Assembly (NCBI GenBank): GCA_965242535.1
Contig: OZ251458.1
Coordinates: 4,555,203 to 4,619,202, forward strand
Length of the DNA stretch: 64,000 bases
Source: Candidatus Latescibacterota bacterium
GTDB lineage: Bacteria; Latescibacterota; UBA2968
Direction of reading: 5' to 3'
The translations under genes and the position numbers were made by a program. Below are positions 1 to 8,864 of the stretch, one piece after another. Within the stretch, counting starts at the first letter, position 1, and every line of letters starts with the position of its first letter. The notes under the pieces were generated by a model. It worked only from the letters and a program-made list of their open reading frames with translations, searched no databases and had not been told where the DNA came from.

Positions 1-1263
1 TTTGCCATTGTCAACGCCCCAAACATTGGCGGTTTTGGTGAATTTCTGCGCGTTGATCAAAACCAGCACGGGCGTGAGGCCCGCCTCGAGGCCGCACGGG
101 ATCGCGGCTTCTTCGAGTTTCACCTCGCCGTGGCGGACTTCGCCGACCTCAAAGGCGACGTATCCGCCGGGTTTTAATACCCGTTCCAATTCGGCAAAAA
201 CCCGCGTCATCACGCGCTGCCAGTCCGCAATTTTTTTTGCCATCGTAATGGGAACGGATTGGGCATCTACGCCGCAAAACCAGCACCTGAGCCAGTTGTC
301 TTGCGCGTAGTTGACCACATTGAGAAACGGCGGGGAAGTCACGACGAGAGAGACGGAATTGGACGCGATTTCGGGCACGCTATCGGATGGTCGCGTGAGG
401 AATCGCGCCCGACGCGACACGCGGCGCAAGGTGTCTCGCGTGGGGGCGTCGCAGTGTTTCAACAGGGCATGTGTTTTTTTGAGGATGATGGTTTTGACAT
501 CTCGCAATGGCGGTGTTTGCTTTTTCTTCGCGTTGATTTTTCGCTGTGCGTCAACCGAGACCGCCTGATTGGGCGGCAGGGTATAACCTGAAAAAAATCC
601 CGATGAGTGACCCGTCAATCGGTTCAGCGCGACCACGCGAATCCATCGATCGACCGCGTCGAGTTTTCCATCGCGCGCTCTGTCCGTCAGATATTTTTTG
701 AGGGCGCAAATCCGCTTCAGGGTTTCGGGATGGTAAAAGACCAAGAGTTCTTCGGGATAGTCATCCCCCTCGTCGAGGGCGATGCGCGAGAGCCTATCGG
801 CGACTCGCTCGGCGGTGGGGGGTTGCAGGCGGGGAAGGGTGAGGATGGAACTCAACGGATTGATATCGCACCCGATAGGCACGCGGCCCAACAGCGCGGC
901 TTCGATGAGCGTCGTGCCCCGTCCGGCAAAGGGGTCATAGACCACATCGCCCGGCGCGGTCAATCGCTCGATAAAAAATCTGGGCAGTTGGGGCTTGAAA
1001 CACGCCCGATACGATATCTCGTGGAGCGCGTTTGCGGCGCGTTGTTTCGACGTCCAAAATTCGTTCACATACGTTTCGACGCGGATCCGAGGGCATCCCG
1101 AATCCCCTGCCACCTGTTCGGCCTCGGTCGAAGTCACGATCGTCTCTTTGCCAAACGCATTGAAATTTTTGATATCCTCTGCGAAAGAAGTCGGGTAGTC
1201 CCCCGATTTTTGCCGCGCATGACCGGAAAAATCAAAAGCCAGTTGGCTCGCGTTTGATGCCAT
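1..1263 (-). CDS. DNA methyltransferase, partial (runs off window start); amino-MTase, probably N4-cytosine
   Basis: Hand translation of the minus strand from ATG at 1261-1263 (absent from the ORF track because there is no stop inside the window). Frame is open to position 1. Motif I VVYDPFAGRGTTLIEAA and motif IV VVTSPPFLNVVNY are present (SPPF is typical of N4C MTases). Order is I-TRD-IV, which is alpha-like. Confidence 0.7.
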   Translation of the reverse strand, partial: MASNASQLAFDFSGHARQKSGDYPTSFAEDIKNFNAFGKETIVTSTEAEQVAGDSGCPRIRVETYVNEFWTSKQRAANALHEISYRACFKPQLPRFFIERLTAPGDVVYDPFAGRGTTLIEAALLGRVPIGCDINPLSSILTLPRLQPPTAERVADRLSRIALDEGDDYPEELLVFYHPETLKRICALKKYLTDRARDGKLDAVDRWIRVVALNRLTGHSSGFFSGYTLPPNQAVSVDAQRKINAKKKQTPPLRDVKTIILKKTHALLKHCDAPTRDTLRRVSRRARFLTRPSDSVPEIASNSVSLVVTSPPFLNVVNYAQDNWLRCWFCGVDAQSVPITMAKKIADWQRVMTRVFAELERVLKPGGYVAFEVGEVRHGEVKLEEAAIPCGLEAGLTPVLVLINAQKFTKTANVWGVDNGK

Positions 1264-1421
1264 TATTCCATCTCTCTGATTACACCTTTTGGTTTTTAAT
1301 GAGGGGAAGAAAACCCGTCATGGCTTCTGTTTAATCAACCGCGCAACGTATTTTCTCGTAAAGGAACTATTGATTAGCCCCACGCTTCGCAGTATGGATC
1401 CGGAGATGGAGCATGAATACT

Positions 1422-1491
1422 CTGTAAATTAAGTTACTCTCAATTTTGAAATGAATGAGTTGGTACAAATGCTGACCACGCCCCCTCAGCG
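1422..1491. repeat. Solo copy of the modular repeat: CTGTAAATTAAGTTACTCTCAATTTTGAAATGAATGAG + TTGGTACAAATG + hairpin GCTGA(ccacgccccc)TCAGC
   Basis: Shares the CTGTAAATTAA module with 8868 and 9240 (reverse complement), and the GAATGAGTTGG(T/G)ACAAATG-hairpin module with 24690, 56110 and 56545. The hairpin overlaps the stop codon of the upstream ATPase gene. Confidence 0.6.
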
Positions 1492-2346
1492 CGGCTCGAT
1501 CCATTTGGCTTCCGGGTTGCCCAATTCGCGGAAGTCGTGCCCGGTGACGTGGATGATGTGGCACATTTCGAGCAAGCGGGAATAGACGCGGCCCTGCGCG
1601 AGGTCTTTGAGCTCATCGACTTTTTGGTTGGTCGTGATAAAGGTCAGGCGCCGATGGGCGTATCGGGCGTCGATGAGGTTGTAGAGGATTTCCATTTCCC
1701 ATTCGGTGTTGCGCTGTACGCCAAAATCGTCGATGACGAGGAAGGGCACATTGCTCAACAGGTCGATCATGGGCATGGCTTGGCCCTGGGTTTCGCTGCC
1801 TTCGTCAAAGGTGTGCCGGAGTTCGTGAAAACTCTTTGAGAGGGAGATGAATTTGCCGGGGCTGACGAATCGGAAGATGAGTTCGTTGAGCAAAATATAG
1901 GCGAAAAAGGTTTTGCCGCGCCCCGGTTCGCCCCACAAATAGAAGCCTTTGATCGATTCTTTTTTGCTGTGGATATTATCGACCAACGTGCTGAAATAGG
2001 ATTTGAGCAGGCGCGCGCCCGGGATGGTCTGACCGTCGTCGTACCGCTCTTTGAAATCCGACGCAAACCGAAAGCGAAAGGGCGCGGGAATGCCCGATTT
2101 TTGGATGTATTTGTCGATGTGGTATTTCTTCCTGCGAAAGGGATAACACGGGCACCACGCGGGGTCGCCGCTCGCGGGGTCCAAGATCATAAAAGGCGAC
2201 TTGCCCCCGCACTGACAGCGGCTGAGGACCGCAGGCGACAATTTGATCGCGCCGTGAAGCCCCGCTTCGACGCGGGGGTCGTAATAATAGCCGAGGTCAT
2301 TGGGCGGGAGGATGATGCGATGGGTTTGTGGGATTCGGTCGTTCAT
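1486..2346 (-). CDS. DnaC/IstB-like AAA+ ATPase with N-terminal Cys-rich zinc ribbon (helicase-loader-like)
   Basis: Walker A GEPGRGKTFFAYILLNEL, Walker B FLVIDDFG and sensor-1 LTFITTN match the DnaC/IstB pattern. N-terminal CQCGGKS...WCPCYP looks like a zinc ribbon. The track ORF extends to 2685 but overlaps smpB; the start was moved to ATG 2344-2346 (MNDRIP...), 14 bp after the smpB stop. Confidence 0.7.
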   Translation of the reverse strand: MNDRIPQTHRIILPPNDLGYYYDPRVEAGLHGAIKLSPAVLSRCQCGGKSPFMILDPASGDPAWCPCYPFRRKKYHIDKYIQKSGIPAPFRFRFASDFKERYDDGQTIPGARLLKSYFSTLVDNIHSKKESIKGFYLWGEPGRGKTFFAYILLNELIFRFVSPGKFISLSKSFHELRHTFDEGSETQGQAMPMIDLLSNVPFLVIDDFGVQRNTEWEMEILYNLIDARYAHRRLTFITTNQKVDELKDLAQGRVYSRLLEMCHIIHVTGHDFRELGNPEAKWIEPR

Positions 2347-2359
2347 ATCTGGGCGGGGG

Positions 2360-2827
2360 TTATCGCCAGTTGCGAGTGCTCGTTTTGAGGGCTTGTTCGA
2401 CTTCGCGTTGGGCGTCTCTGCGGGCGATGTCGCGCCGCTTGTCAAATTGCTTTTTGCCGCGGGCCACGCCGAGTTCGACTTTGGCTTTGCCGCGTTTGAA
2501 ATAGAGCTTGAGGGGAACGAGGGTGTGGCCCTTTTCATTGGCTTGCCCCCACAGGCGATTGATTTCGTGGCGGTGGAGCAACAACTTGCGCCTGCGCTCG
2601 GGTTCGTGGTTGAACTGGTTGCCCTGTGCGTACTCGCCGATGTGGATATTGTACAAATACGCTTCCCCATCTTCGATGCGCGCAAAGCCGTCTTTGAGGT
2701 TGGCGCGGCCCTCGCGCAGGGCTTTGACTTCTGTGCCGCGCAGTTGCAGGCCCGCTTCGCACGCGTTGAGGATGTGGTAGTCGCGTCGCGCTTTGCGGTT
2801 TTGCGCGATGATTTTGACGTTGCCCAT
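2360..2827 (-). CDS. smpB: SsrA-binding protein SmpB
   Basis: [14 protein letters not shown]...[10 protein letters not shown]...LLLHRHEI is the characteristic SmpB sequence, 155 aa. Confidence 0.9.
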   Translation of the reverse strand: MGNVKIIAQNRKARRDYHILNACEAGLQLRGTEVKALREGRANLKDGFARIEDGEAYLYNIHIGEYAQGNQFNHEPERRRKLLLHRHEINRLWGQANEKGHTLVPLKLYFKRGKAKVELGVARGKKQFDKRRDIARRDAQREVEQALKTSTRNWR

Positions 2828-2845
2828 GATGTACCTCTGCGAAAG

Positions 2846-4717
2846 CTATCTCCCCCGTTTTTTGAGCATGATCATCAGCAGGGAGATGTCGGATGGAGAA
2901 ATGCCGGGGATGCGGGATGCCTGTCCCAAAGATCGGGGTTTGATGCGGGTGAATTTTTCGAGGGCCTCGTTTCGCATGGCCGGGATGCCGGCGTAATCGA
3001 AGTCGTCCGGGATGTATTTTTTTTCCAAATCGCGAAAGCGATGGACTTGGTCTTCTTGGCGGTCGATATACCCCTCGTATTTGAGTTCGATTTCGACGGA
3101 TTCGCACACGTCTTCGGGCAGGGCTTCGCCTGCGGGAGATAATTGCGCGACGAGATCGTAGGACAATTCCGGGCGGCGCAAGAGTTCGGCGAGCGTCGCG
3201 GCGCGGGTCAAGGGCGAGGACTGGGATGCCTCGAGGGCCGTTTGAACCGCGCTATTGGGGGTGAGGCGCGTGGCGCGCAGGCGGGCGACTTCCGCTTGGA
3301 TTTGGCGTTTGCGTTTGCAAAAGCGCGCGTACATCTCGTCCGAGAGCAAGCCGATTTTTCGGGCGAGTTCGCACAGGCGCAAATCCGCGTTGTCCTGCCG
3401 CAAGAGCAGGCGGTATTCCGCCAGGGAGGTGAACATGCGATAGGGTTCTTCCGTGCCCTTGGTGACGAGGTCGTCGATGAGCACGCCGATATACGCCTGC
3501 GACCGATCCAGGATCGCCGCGTCCTCTCCCCGTGCGCGCAAGGCCGCGTTGATGCCCGCCATCAGCCCTTGGCCCGCGGCTTCTTCGTATCCGGTCGTGC
3601 CGTTGATTTGCCCGGCGAAAAACAGGCCGGCAATGGGCTTGGTCTCCAGCGTGGGTTGTATCTGCGTGGGGGGCACGTAGTCGTATTCAACCGCATAAGC
3701 CGGGCGCATGACCTCGGCGCGCTCGAGGCCGGGGATGCTGCGGACGACGGCGAGTTGCACGTCTTCGGGCAAGCTCATCGACAGGCCGTTGAGATAGACT
3801 TCACGGGTGTGATACCCCTCCGGTTCGAGGAAAATTTGATGCCCTTCTTTGTCGGGAAAGCGCACGATTTTGTCTTCGATAGACGGGCAATACCGCGGCC
3901 CCACGCCTCGGATGCGCCCGCTGTACATGGCCGATCTGTCCAAGTCCGCACGGATGATGTCGTGCGTTTCCCGCGTGGTGGTCGTCAGATAACAACTCAG
4001 TTGGTCTTGCGCGATGCGGTCCGTCTGATAGGAAAAGGGCCGGGGATCCGCATCGCCGGGCTGTTCTTCGCAGGCGGCAAAGTCGATGCTGCGCGCATTG
4101 ACGCGGGGCGGGGTGCCGGTTTTGAGGCGCCCGAGTTCAAACCCGAGTTGCGACAGGCCATCGGACGCCTCGTCCGCGGCTTGCTCGCCTGCGCGGCCCG
4201 CGCTGTACGAAAAGTCGCCCACATGGATGAGGCCCTTGAGAAACGTGCCCGTGGTCAAGATGGCGGTTTTGGCGGCAAAGACCGTTTTGGCTTTGGTGAT
4301 CACCGCTTCGAGGCGTCTGTTTTTGACGATGAGATCTTCGAGCAAGCCCTGTTTGACGTCGAGATGCGCTTGGTTTTCCAGCACGTCTTTCATGCGGAAC
4401 TGATAGGCTTTTTTGTCCGCCTGCGCGCGCGGGGCTTGCACGGCCGGGCCCCTGCGCCGATTGAGCATGCGAAATTGCAGGCCCGTGGCGTCGATGTTGC
4501 GGGCCATTTCGCCGCCCAACGCGTCGATTTCGCGCACCATGTGGCCCTTTGCAATGCCGCCAATGGCCGGGTTGCACGACATTTGCGCGATGGTGTCGAG
4601 GTTCATGGTCAGCAGCAGGGTTTCACATCCCATGCGCGCAGAGGCCAGCGCGGCTTCCACACCCGCATGCCCGCCGCCAACGACGATGACATCGTATTTT
4701 TTGGGATAAGTCCACAT
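2846..4717 (-). CDS. mnmG: tRNA uridine-5-carboxymethylaminomethyl modification enzyme MnmG (GidA)
   Basis: [20 protein letters not shown] motif and full-length MnmG-like sequence. The start was trimmed to ATG 4715-4717 (MWTYPKKYD); the track ORF ran on into the upstream purine-rich repeat. Confidence 0.93.
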   Translation of the reverse strand: MWTYPKKYDVIVVGGGHAGVEAALASARMGCETLLLTMNLDTIAQMSCNPAIGGIAKGHMVREIDALGGEMARNIDATGLQFRMLNRRRGPAVQAPRAQADKKAYQFRMKDVLENQAHLDVKQGLLEDLIVKNRRLEAVITKAKTVFAAKTAILTTGTFLKGLIHVGDFSYSAGRAGEQAADEASDGLSQLGFELGRLKTGTPPRVNARSIDFAACEEQPGDADPRPFSYQTDRIAQDQLSCYLTTTTRETHDIIRADLDRSAMYSGRIRGVGPRYCPSIEDKIVRFPDKEGHQIFLEPEGYHTREVYLNGLSMSLPEDVQLAVVRSIPGLERAEVMRPAYAVEYDYVPPTQIQPTLETKPIAGLFFAGQINGTTGYEEAAGQGLMAGINAALRARGEDAAILDRSQAYIGVLIDDLVTKGTEEPYRMFTSLAEYRLLLRQDNADLRLCELARKIGLLSDEMYARFCKRKRQIQAEVARLRATRLTPNSAVQTALEASQSSPLTRAATLAELLRRPELSYDLVAQLSPAGEALPEDVCESVEIELKYEGYIDRQEDQVHRFRDLEKKYIPDDFDYAGIPAMRNEALEKFTRIKPRSLGQASRIPGISPSDISLLMIMLKKRGR

Positions 4718-4734
4718 GGGAAAGTGAGAGGTGA

Positions 4735-5395
4735 GAGGGAAGACGCAAGAGGTGAAAGGCAGGCGAGACGGAAGAGGGAACACGGAAGAGGTGAGAGGCA
4801 AAAGGCGAAAGGTAAGAGGTGAGAAGTAAGACGGAAGAGGTGAAAGGCAAAAGGCGAGAGGCAAGAAGCAAGAGGCAAGAGGTGAGAGGCAAAAGGCAAG
4901 ACGGGAGTTTAGCCACAAAAGGCACAAAAGGCACAAAAAAAAAAAAAAGAAAAGGTGAGAGGCAAGAGGCAAGAGGCAAGAGGCAAGAGGCAAGAGGCAA
5001 GAGGTGAAAGGTGAGAGGGCCGCCCAAAGGCGAAAAACAACGATAGATGAACACAGATGAACATAGATACAGAGAGATGGAGCGGGGGGCAACGGTCAAT
5101 CAGCCATGCATCCATCAATCGTAGGGACAGGCCCCCGTGCCTGTCCTCGCTCCCAACCACAAAGCTGTGTTCGGCGATCAGTCCCCGCCTTCCGTCTTAC
5201 GTCTCACCTTTCACGTCTCGCGTCTTCCCGATCGACAGCGAAAAGCCATTGCCTTGGGGGTGTGTGTCGGGATGCCTCTCCCGTCTCCCGTCTCCCCTCT
5301 CCCCGCCTTCCGTCTCCCGCCTTCCGCCTTTCGCCTTCCCTCTCCCGTCTCCCCTCTCCCGTCTCCCCGCCTCACTCGATTTCAAAGCCCAAGTC
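4735..5395. repeat. Polypurine (4735-5100, GA-rich, (GGCAAGA)n-like, 14-A run) / hairpin / polypyrimidine (5150-5395, (CTCCCGT)n-like) mirror tract
   Basis: The plus strand is almost pure R up to the hairpin at 5114-5147 and almost pure Y after it. Units AGAGGCAAG and CTCCCGTCTCCC repeat tandemly. The tract fills the whole mnmG-bioB intergenic space. Confidence 0.85.
5114..5147. repeat. Hairpin-family copy ATCAATCGTAGGGACAGGCCCCCGTGCCTGTCC
   Basis: Perfect 8-bp arms GGACAGGC/GCCTGTCC. Near-identical copies sit at 18203 (reverse complement), 56087 and 63955, and a related one at 24705. Confidence 0.85.
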
Positions 5396-6334
5396 GGCGA
5401 TCATGCGATGAGTCGCTTCCACATCGAGGCCGCCCGTGGTCAAATACCCTTCCATGAAGAGCGAGTTGGCGGGATAGAGCGCGAGGGGTTGGAGGGAGCG
5501 GAGATTTTTTTCTCGCCCGCCCGCCACGCGGATTTCGGTCGAGGGATTGGCGAATCGGAACAGGCACAAGGCGCGCAGGCAATCGTGCGGGGTCAAGGCG
5601 TTTTGACGCGATAGGGGCGTGCCCGCGATGGGGTGCAGGAAATTGACGGGAATGGAATCGACGCCCAAATCGCGCAAGGACGCGGCCATGTCGATGATGT
5701 CCGCGTGGGTTTCGCCCATGCCGATGATGCCGCCGCTGCACGTCTCGAGGCCGGCTTTTTGGATGTTGTAGAGGGTTTCCACGCGATCCCGATACGTGTG
5801 CGTGGAGACGATATTCGGGGTGTGCGCGCGGCTGGTGTTGAGGTTGTGGTTGACGCGGTCGACCCCGGCGTCTTTGAGGCGTTGCGCGTTTTTTGCGGTG
5901 AGCAAGCCCAAGCAGCAACAGATGTCGATATCGACTTCGCGTTTGACTTGGCGCACGGTGTCGGTCAGGGCGTCCAATTCCCCGTCGGTGGGCGCGCGGC
6001 CACTCGTGACGATGCAGTAGCGATACGCGCCGTTTTCGCTGGCTTGTCGCGCGGCGTCCACGATCTCGCGGGCAGGTCGCAAGGGGTATTTGTCGATGGT
6101 TGCGGTGGAGATGGCCGATTGCGAGCAATAGGCGCAGTCTTCCGGGCACAAGCCGCTTTTGGCGTTCATCAGCACATGGATGTGGACTTTGCGCCCGAAG
6201 TGGTGGTGGCGCACCTGAAAGGCCGCGTGGAGCAAGGGCAAAATGTCGCGGTCCGGGGTTTGCAAAACCGCGTGCATGTCCGCACTTGATAGGCCATCGC
6301 CAAACAGGGCTTTGTCGGCATAATCGGTGTACAT
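5372..6334 (-). CDS. bioB: Biotin synthase
   Basis: Radical-SAM CPEDCAYC motif and a BioB-length (320 aa) protein with conserved C-terminal region. The TGA stop was verified at 5372-5374. Confidence 0.93.
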   Translation of the reverse strand: MYTDYADKALFGDGLSSADMHAVLQTPDRDILPLLHAAFQVRHHHFGRKVHIHVLMNAKSGLCPEDCAYCSQSAISTATIDKYPLRPAREIVDAARQASENGAYRYCIVTSGRAPTDGELDALTDTVRQVKREVDIDICCCLGLLTAKNAQRLKDAGVDRVNHNLNTSRAHTPNIVSTHTYRDRVETLYNIQKAGLETCSGGIIGMGETHADIIDMAASLRDLGVDSIPVNFLHPIAGTPLSRQNALTPHDCLRALCLFRFANPSTEIRVAGGREKNLRSLQPLALYPANSLFMEGYLTTGGLDVEATHRMIADLGFEIE

Positions 6335-6471
6335 AGTCTGTCCTAAATGTCTGTGTTTTGAGGGGCGGGTGAAAATTTACAGCGTCCAAGCGTTGCAGCG
6401 GCGGGATGCAGTAGTGCAGGCTGGGCTTGATGGGGCCAGCGGTGTTAAAAAAGCGCATGGATCGAATGTCC

Positions 6472-6993
6472 TCAGCGGTAAAACGCCAAGCCGATAGCTG
6501 CGGTGGCGACGATGGCCAGGGCCGGATGCAGGTTGAGAAAGTAGATGGCGACAAACGCGCCGCAAGCGATGAGGCCCGTGTGCCAAGAGGTGACGGATTT
6601 GGGGCACATTTCCCAGACCACGACGAGCAACAGCCCGACCACGGCCGGGCGCACGGCTTTGAGCATGGCCTGTACGATCGGGGTATCTTTGTATTTGAGG
6701 AAGAACAGGGCGAGGATCATCATCATGAGCAACGAGGGGAAGACCGTGCCCAAGAGCGCGACCAAAAGGCCGGGGATGTGGGCGACTTTGTACCCGATGT
6801 ACGCGGCCATTTTGGTGGCGATGGGGCCGGGCAGGGCATAGCCCATGGCCAGGGCGTCTGTAAATTCCTCGATGGTCATCCACCCGTGAACATCCACGAC
6901 TTCCTCTTGGACGAGGGGGATCATCGAAGGCCCGCCGCCGTACGCGAAGACGCCGACTTTGGTGAACGAGATGAACAAGCGCAACAGGTCCAT
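6472..6993 (-). CDS. chrA: Chromate transporter family protein (half-size ChrA)
   Basis: 173-aa multi-TM protein, FAYGGGPSMIPLVQ..., typical of short ChrA. No partner half-gene was seen nearby. Confidence 0.75.
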   Translation of the reverse strand: MDLLRLFISFTKVGVFAYGGGPSMIPLVQEEVVDVHGWMTIEEFTDALAMGYALPGPIATKMAAYIGYKVAHIPGLLVALLGTVFPSLLMMMILALFFLKYKDTPIVQAMLKAVRPAVVGLLLVVVWEMCPKSVTSWHTGLIACGAFVAIYFLNLHPALAIVATAAIGLAFYR

Positions 6994-7265
6994 AAGGCAC
7001 TCCTAGAACGACATTGGCAAAGCCACAAGTGCGCGACAAACGCGCGGTTGGGAACCGACCGCGGATCGCAAGGGCAGACGTGCGGGCCTTTCCCTACGAT
7101 TTAGCGATTCACCGATTCGCAAGCGAATATATCCCTTTCGCGCTTATGAGACAAGGGCATTTATCGGCATCTCGGCGCGCGTCCTCTGATTTTCCTGTGG
7201 CTTTTTCGGTTGGATGTTTTACATTTGTGACCCCTTCCGATACGGGGCAGATCGGTTCTACCTCG

Positions 7266-7294
7266 TTGACAATACGGGGCGTTTCGTCTATTAT
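7266..7294 (+). promoter_or_regulatory. Sigma70-like promoter TTGACA-17-TATTAT
   Basis: TTGACA at 7266-7271, 17-nt spacer, TATTAT at 7289-7294. A GGGGG Shine-Dalgarno sits before ATG 7314. Confidence 0.4.
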
Positions 7295-7313
7295 GCGGAC
7301 TCTTTTGGGGGCG

Positions 7314-8039
7314 ATGGATCCCATGGTGGCATTGGAAAAATTGGCGAAAATTTGTGTCCAAAATCCCGCGTCCATTTTGTTTGCGCGCTTGGCGGATGGG
7401 TTGTTGCAACGGGGGGATGTCGCGCAGGCACTGGCGGTTTGCCGCACCGGACTGCGCTATCGCCCGTCTTATGTGGCCGGCCATGTGGTGATGGGCAAGT
7501 GCCTTCTCGCCGCAGGTCAGTGCGAGGAAGCGCGGTCCGCGTTTGAAAAGATCTTGCAGTTGGATGCCGATCACCTCGTCGCACGCTGGCATTTGGGCCA
7601 TATCGCGCTGCAACAGGGCCGAGGCGATCTCGCGCTCAAACACTTTGAAGCGGCGCGGGCACGCGATCCCTTCGGCCCTGAACTCGAGACGGAGATCGCC
7701 AAGCTCAAGGGCGAATGGACCGAAGAATCGCGGGGCGATGCCCCTTCCGATACATCGGATCCCCACGCCCCGGCAGACGCGCCCGATCCCGAATCCGAGC
7801 CTCCAGTGCCTCTCGCAGAGGAAGGGATTGGGGAACAGTTAGACGCGCTGATCGCGTCGCGCAACCCCGATCCAAAACCCGACGCGCCGATGATCGCAAC
7901 CGCAACGCTGGCCGAGATCTACGCCGGTCAGGGGCTCGTTCAAGAGGCCATCGCGGTTTTGGAACAACTGGTCGCACGCGCCCCGGAGGACGCGCAGGTG
8001 ATCGCCCGATTGGACGAGTTGCGAAATCTGCCGGAATAG
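7314..8039 (+). CDS. TPR-repeat protein with acidic/Pro-rich linker
   Basis: Three to four TPR-like units in 7314-7700 and a C-terminal helical region. The start was moved from the track value 7014 to ATG 7314 (MDPMVALEKL) on the basis of the promoter and SD. Confidence 0.6.
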   Translation: MDPMVALEKLAKICVQNPASILFARLADGLLQRGDVAQALAVCRTGLRYRPSYVAGHVVMGKCLLAAGQCEEARSAFEKILQLDADHLVARWHLGHIALQQGRGDLALKHFEAARARDPFGPELETEIAKLKGEWTEESRGDAPSDTSDPHAPADAPDPESEPPVPLAEEGIGEQLDALIASRNPDPKPDAPMIATATLAEIYAGQGLVQEAIAVLEQLVARAPEDAQVIARLDELRNLPE

Positions 8040-8078
8040 ACGCCCCATTCACCTTTTAATTTTTAGGGAGCATGGATC

Positions 8079-8822
8079 ATGAGTGCCGAAAATCAGTATG
8101 ACGCGATTGCCGAAGCGTATAAAAATTCCAAACAACTGCCCTTTCGGGAATACATCGAAGCCCATACGCTTTTTGAGATCCTGGGCCATATCCGCGGGGC
8201 GACGGTGTTGGACTTGGCTTGCGGCGAGGGGTTCTACACGCGCAAGGTCAAGCAGGCCGGGGCGCGAGCCGTTACCGGCGTGGATATTTCCGCCGAGATG
8301 ATCAAGTTGGCCGAGGAAGAAGAGCGCGTCCGGCCTTTGGGTTGCGCGTACTTGCATCGCGATGCGGCGGACTTGGATTTGGGCGAACCGGTCGATCTCG
8401 TGGTGGCGATGTATCTTTTGAATTACGCCAAGACGCCCGCCGAATTGCTCCGCTTTGTCGAGGTGGCGCATCGCAGCTTGCGGCCGGGTGGGCGATTTGT
8501 CGGGTTCAACGACAATGTCCAAAATGTGCCGCAGGGCACGGTTTCCTTTCCCCAATACGGATTTGACAAGACGTGTACCGGCGTGCCGCCGCAAGAGGGC
8601 GATGTGATTTTGTATCGGGTGAAAAACGAAGATGGCACCGCGTTTGAATTTGAGAATTATTATCTCAAACCCGAGACGTATCACTGGGCGTTCCAAGAGG
8701 TTGGATTTGCCGATTTTCAATGGGTCGGCCCGTTCATCCATCCGTCTCAACGGGACAATCCCCATTGGGATGCGTTCCTGTCGCACGCGCCAGTCATTGG
8801 CTTTTGCGCGGAGAAGCGATAA
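8079..8822 (+). CDS. Class I SAM-dependent methyltransferase
   Basis: Motif I VLDLACGEGFYTRK and motif post-I GVDISAEM, 247 aa. Confidence 0.8.
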   Translation: MSAENQYDAIAEAYKNSKQLPFREYIEAHTLFEILGHIRGATVLDLACGEGFYTRKVKQAGARAVTGVDISAEMIKLAEEEERVRPLGCAYLHRDAADLDLGEPVDLVVAMYLLNYAKTPAELLRFVEVAHRSLRPGGRFVGFNDNVQNVPQGTVSFPQYGFDKTCTGVPPQEGDVILYRVKNEDGTAFEFENYYLKPETYHWAFQEVGFADFQWVGPFIHPSQRDNPHWDAFLSHAPVIGFCAEKR

Positions 8823-8864
8823 AGGAATGACGAAAGGCGCAGAAGAACATGAAAACATCAGTGC

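Noticed and set aside
1486-2346. IstB-like ATPase considered as part of an IS21-family insertion sequence
   Set aside because: No IstA transposase or inverted repeats flank it. It is packed 14 bp after smpB in a housekeeping operon.
2360-2827. Looked for a tmRNA (ssrA) gene next to smpB
   Set aside because: No tRNA-like 3' end (GGTTCGAATCC...CCA-type) or resume-codon region could be recognised nearby. It may lie elsewhere in the genome.
4609-5614. ORFs inside the purine/pyrimidine tracts (4609..4899 -, 4623..5099 -, 4819..5007 +, 5057..5614 +, 18055..18396 -, 18202..18468 +)
   Set aside because: They are translations of microsatellite-like tracts and give poly(LPLAS) or poly(KRQE) peptides, which are not plausible proteins.
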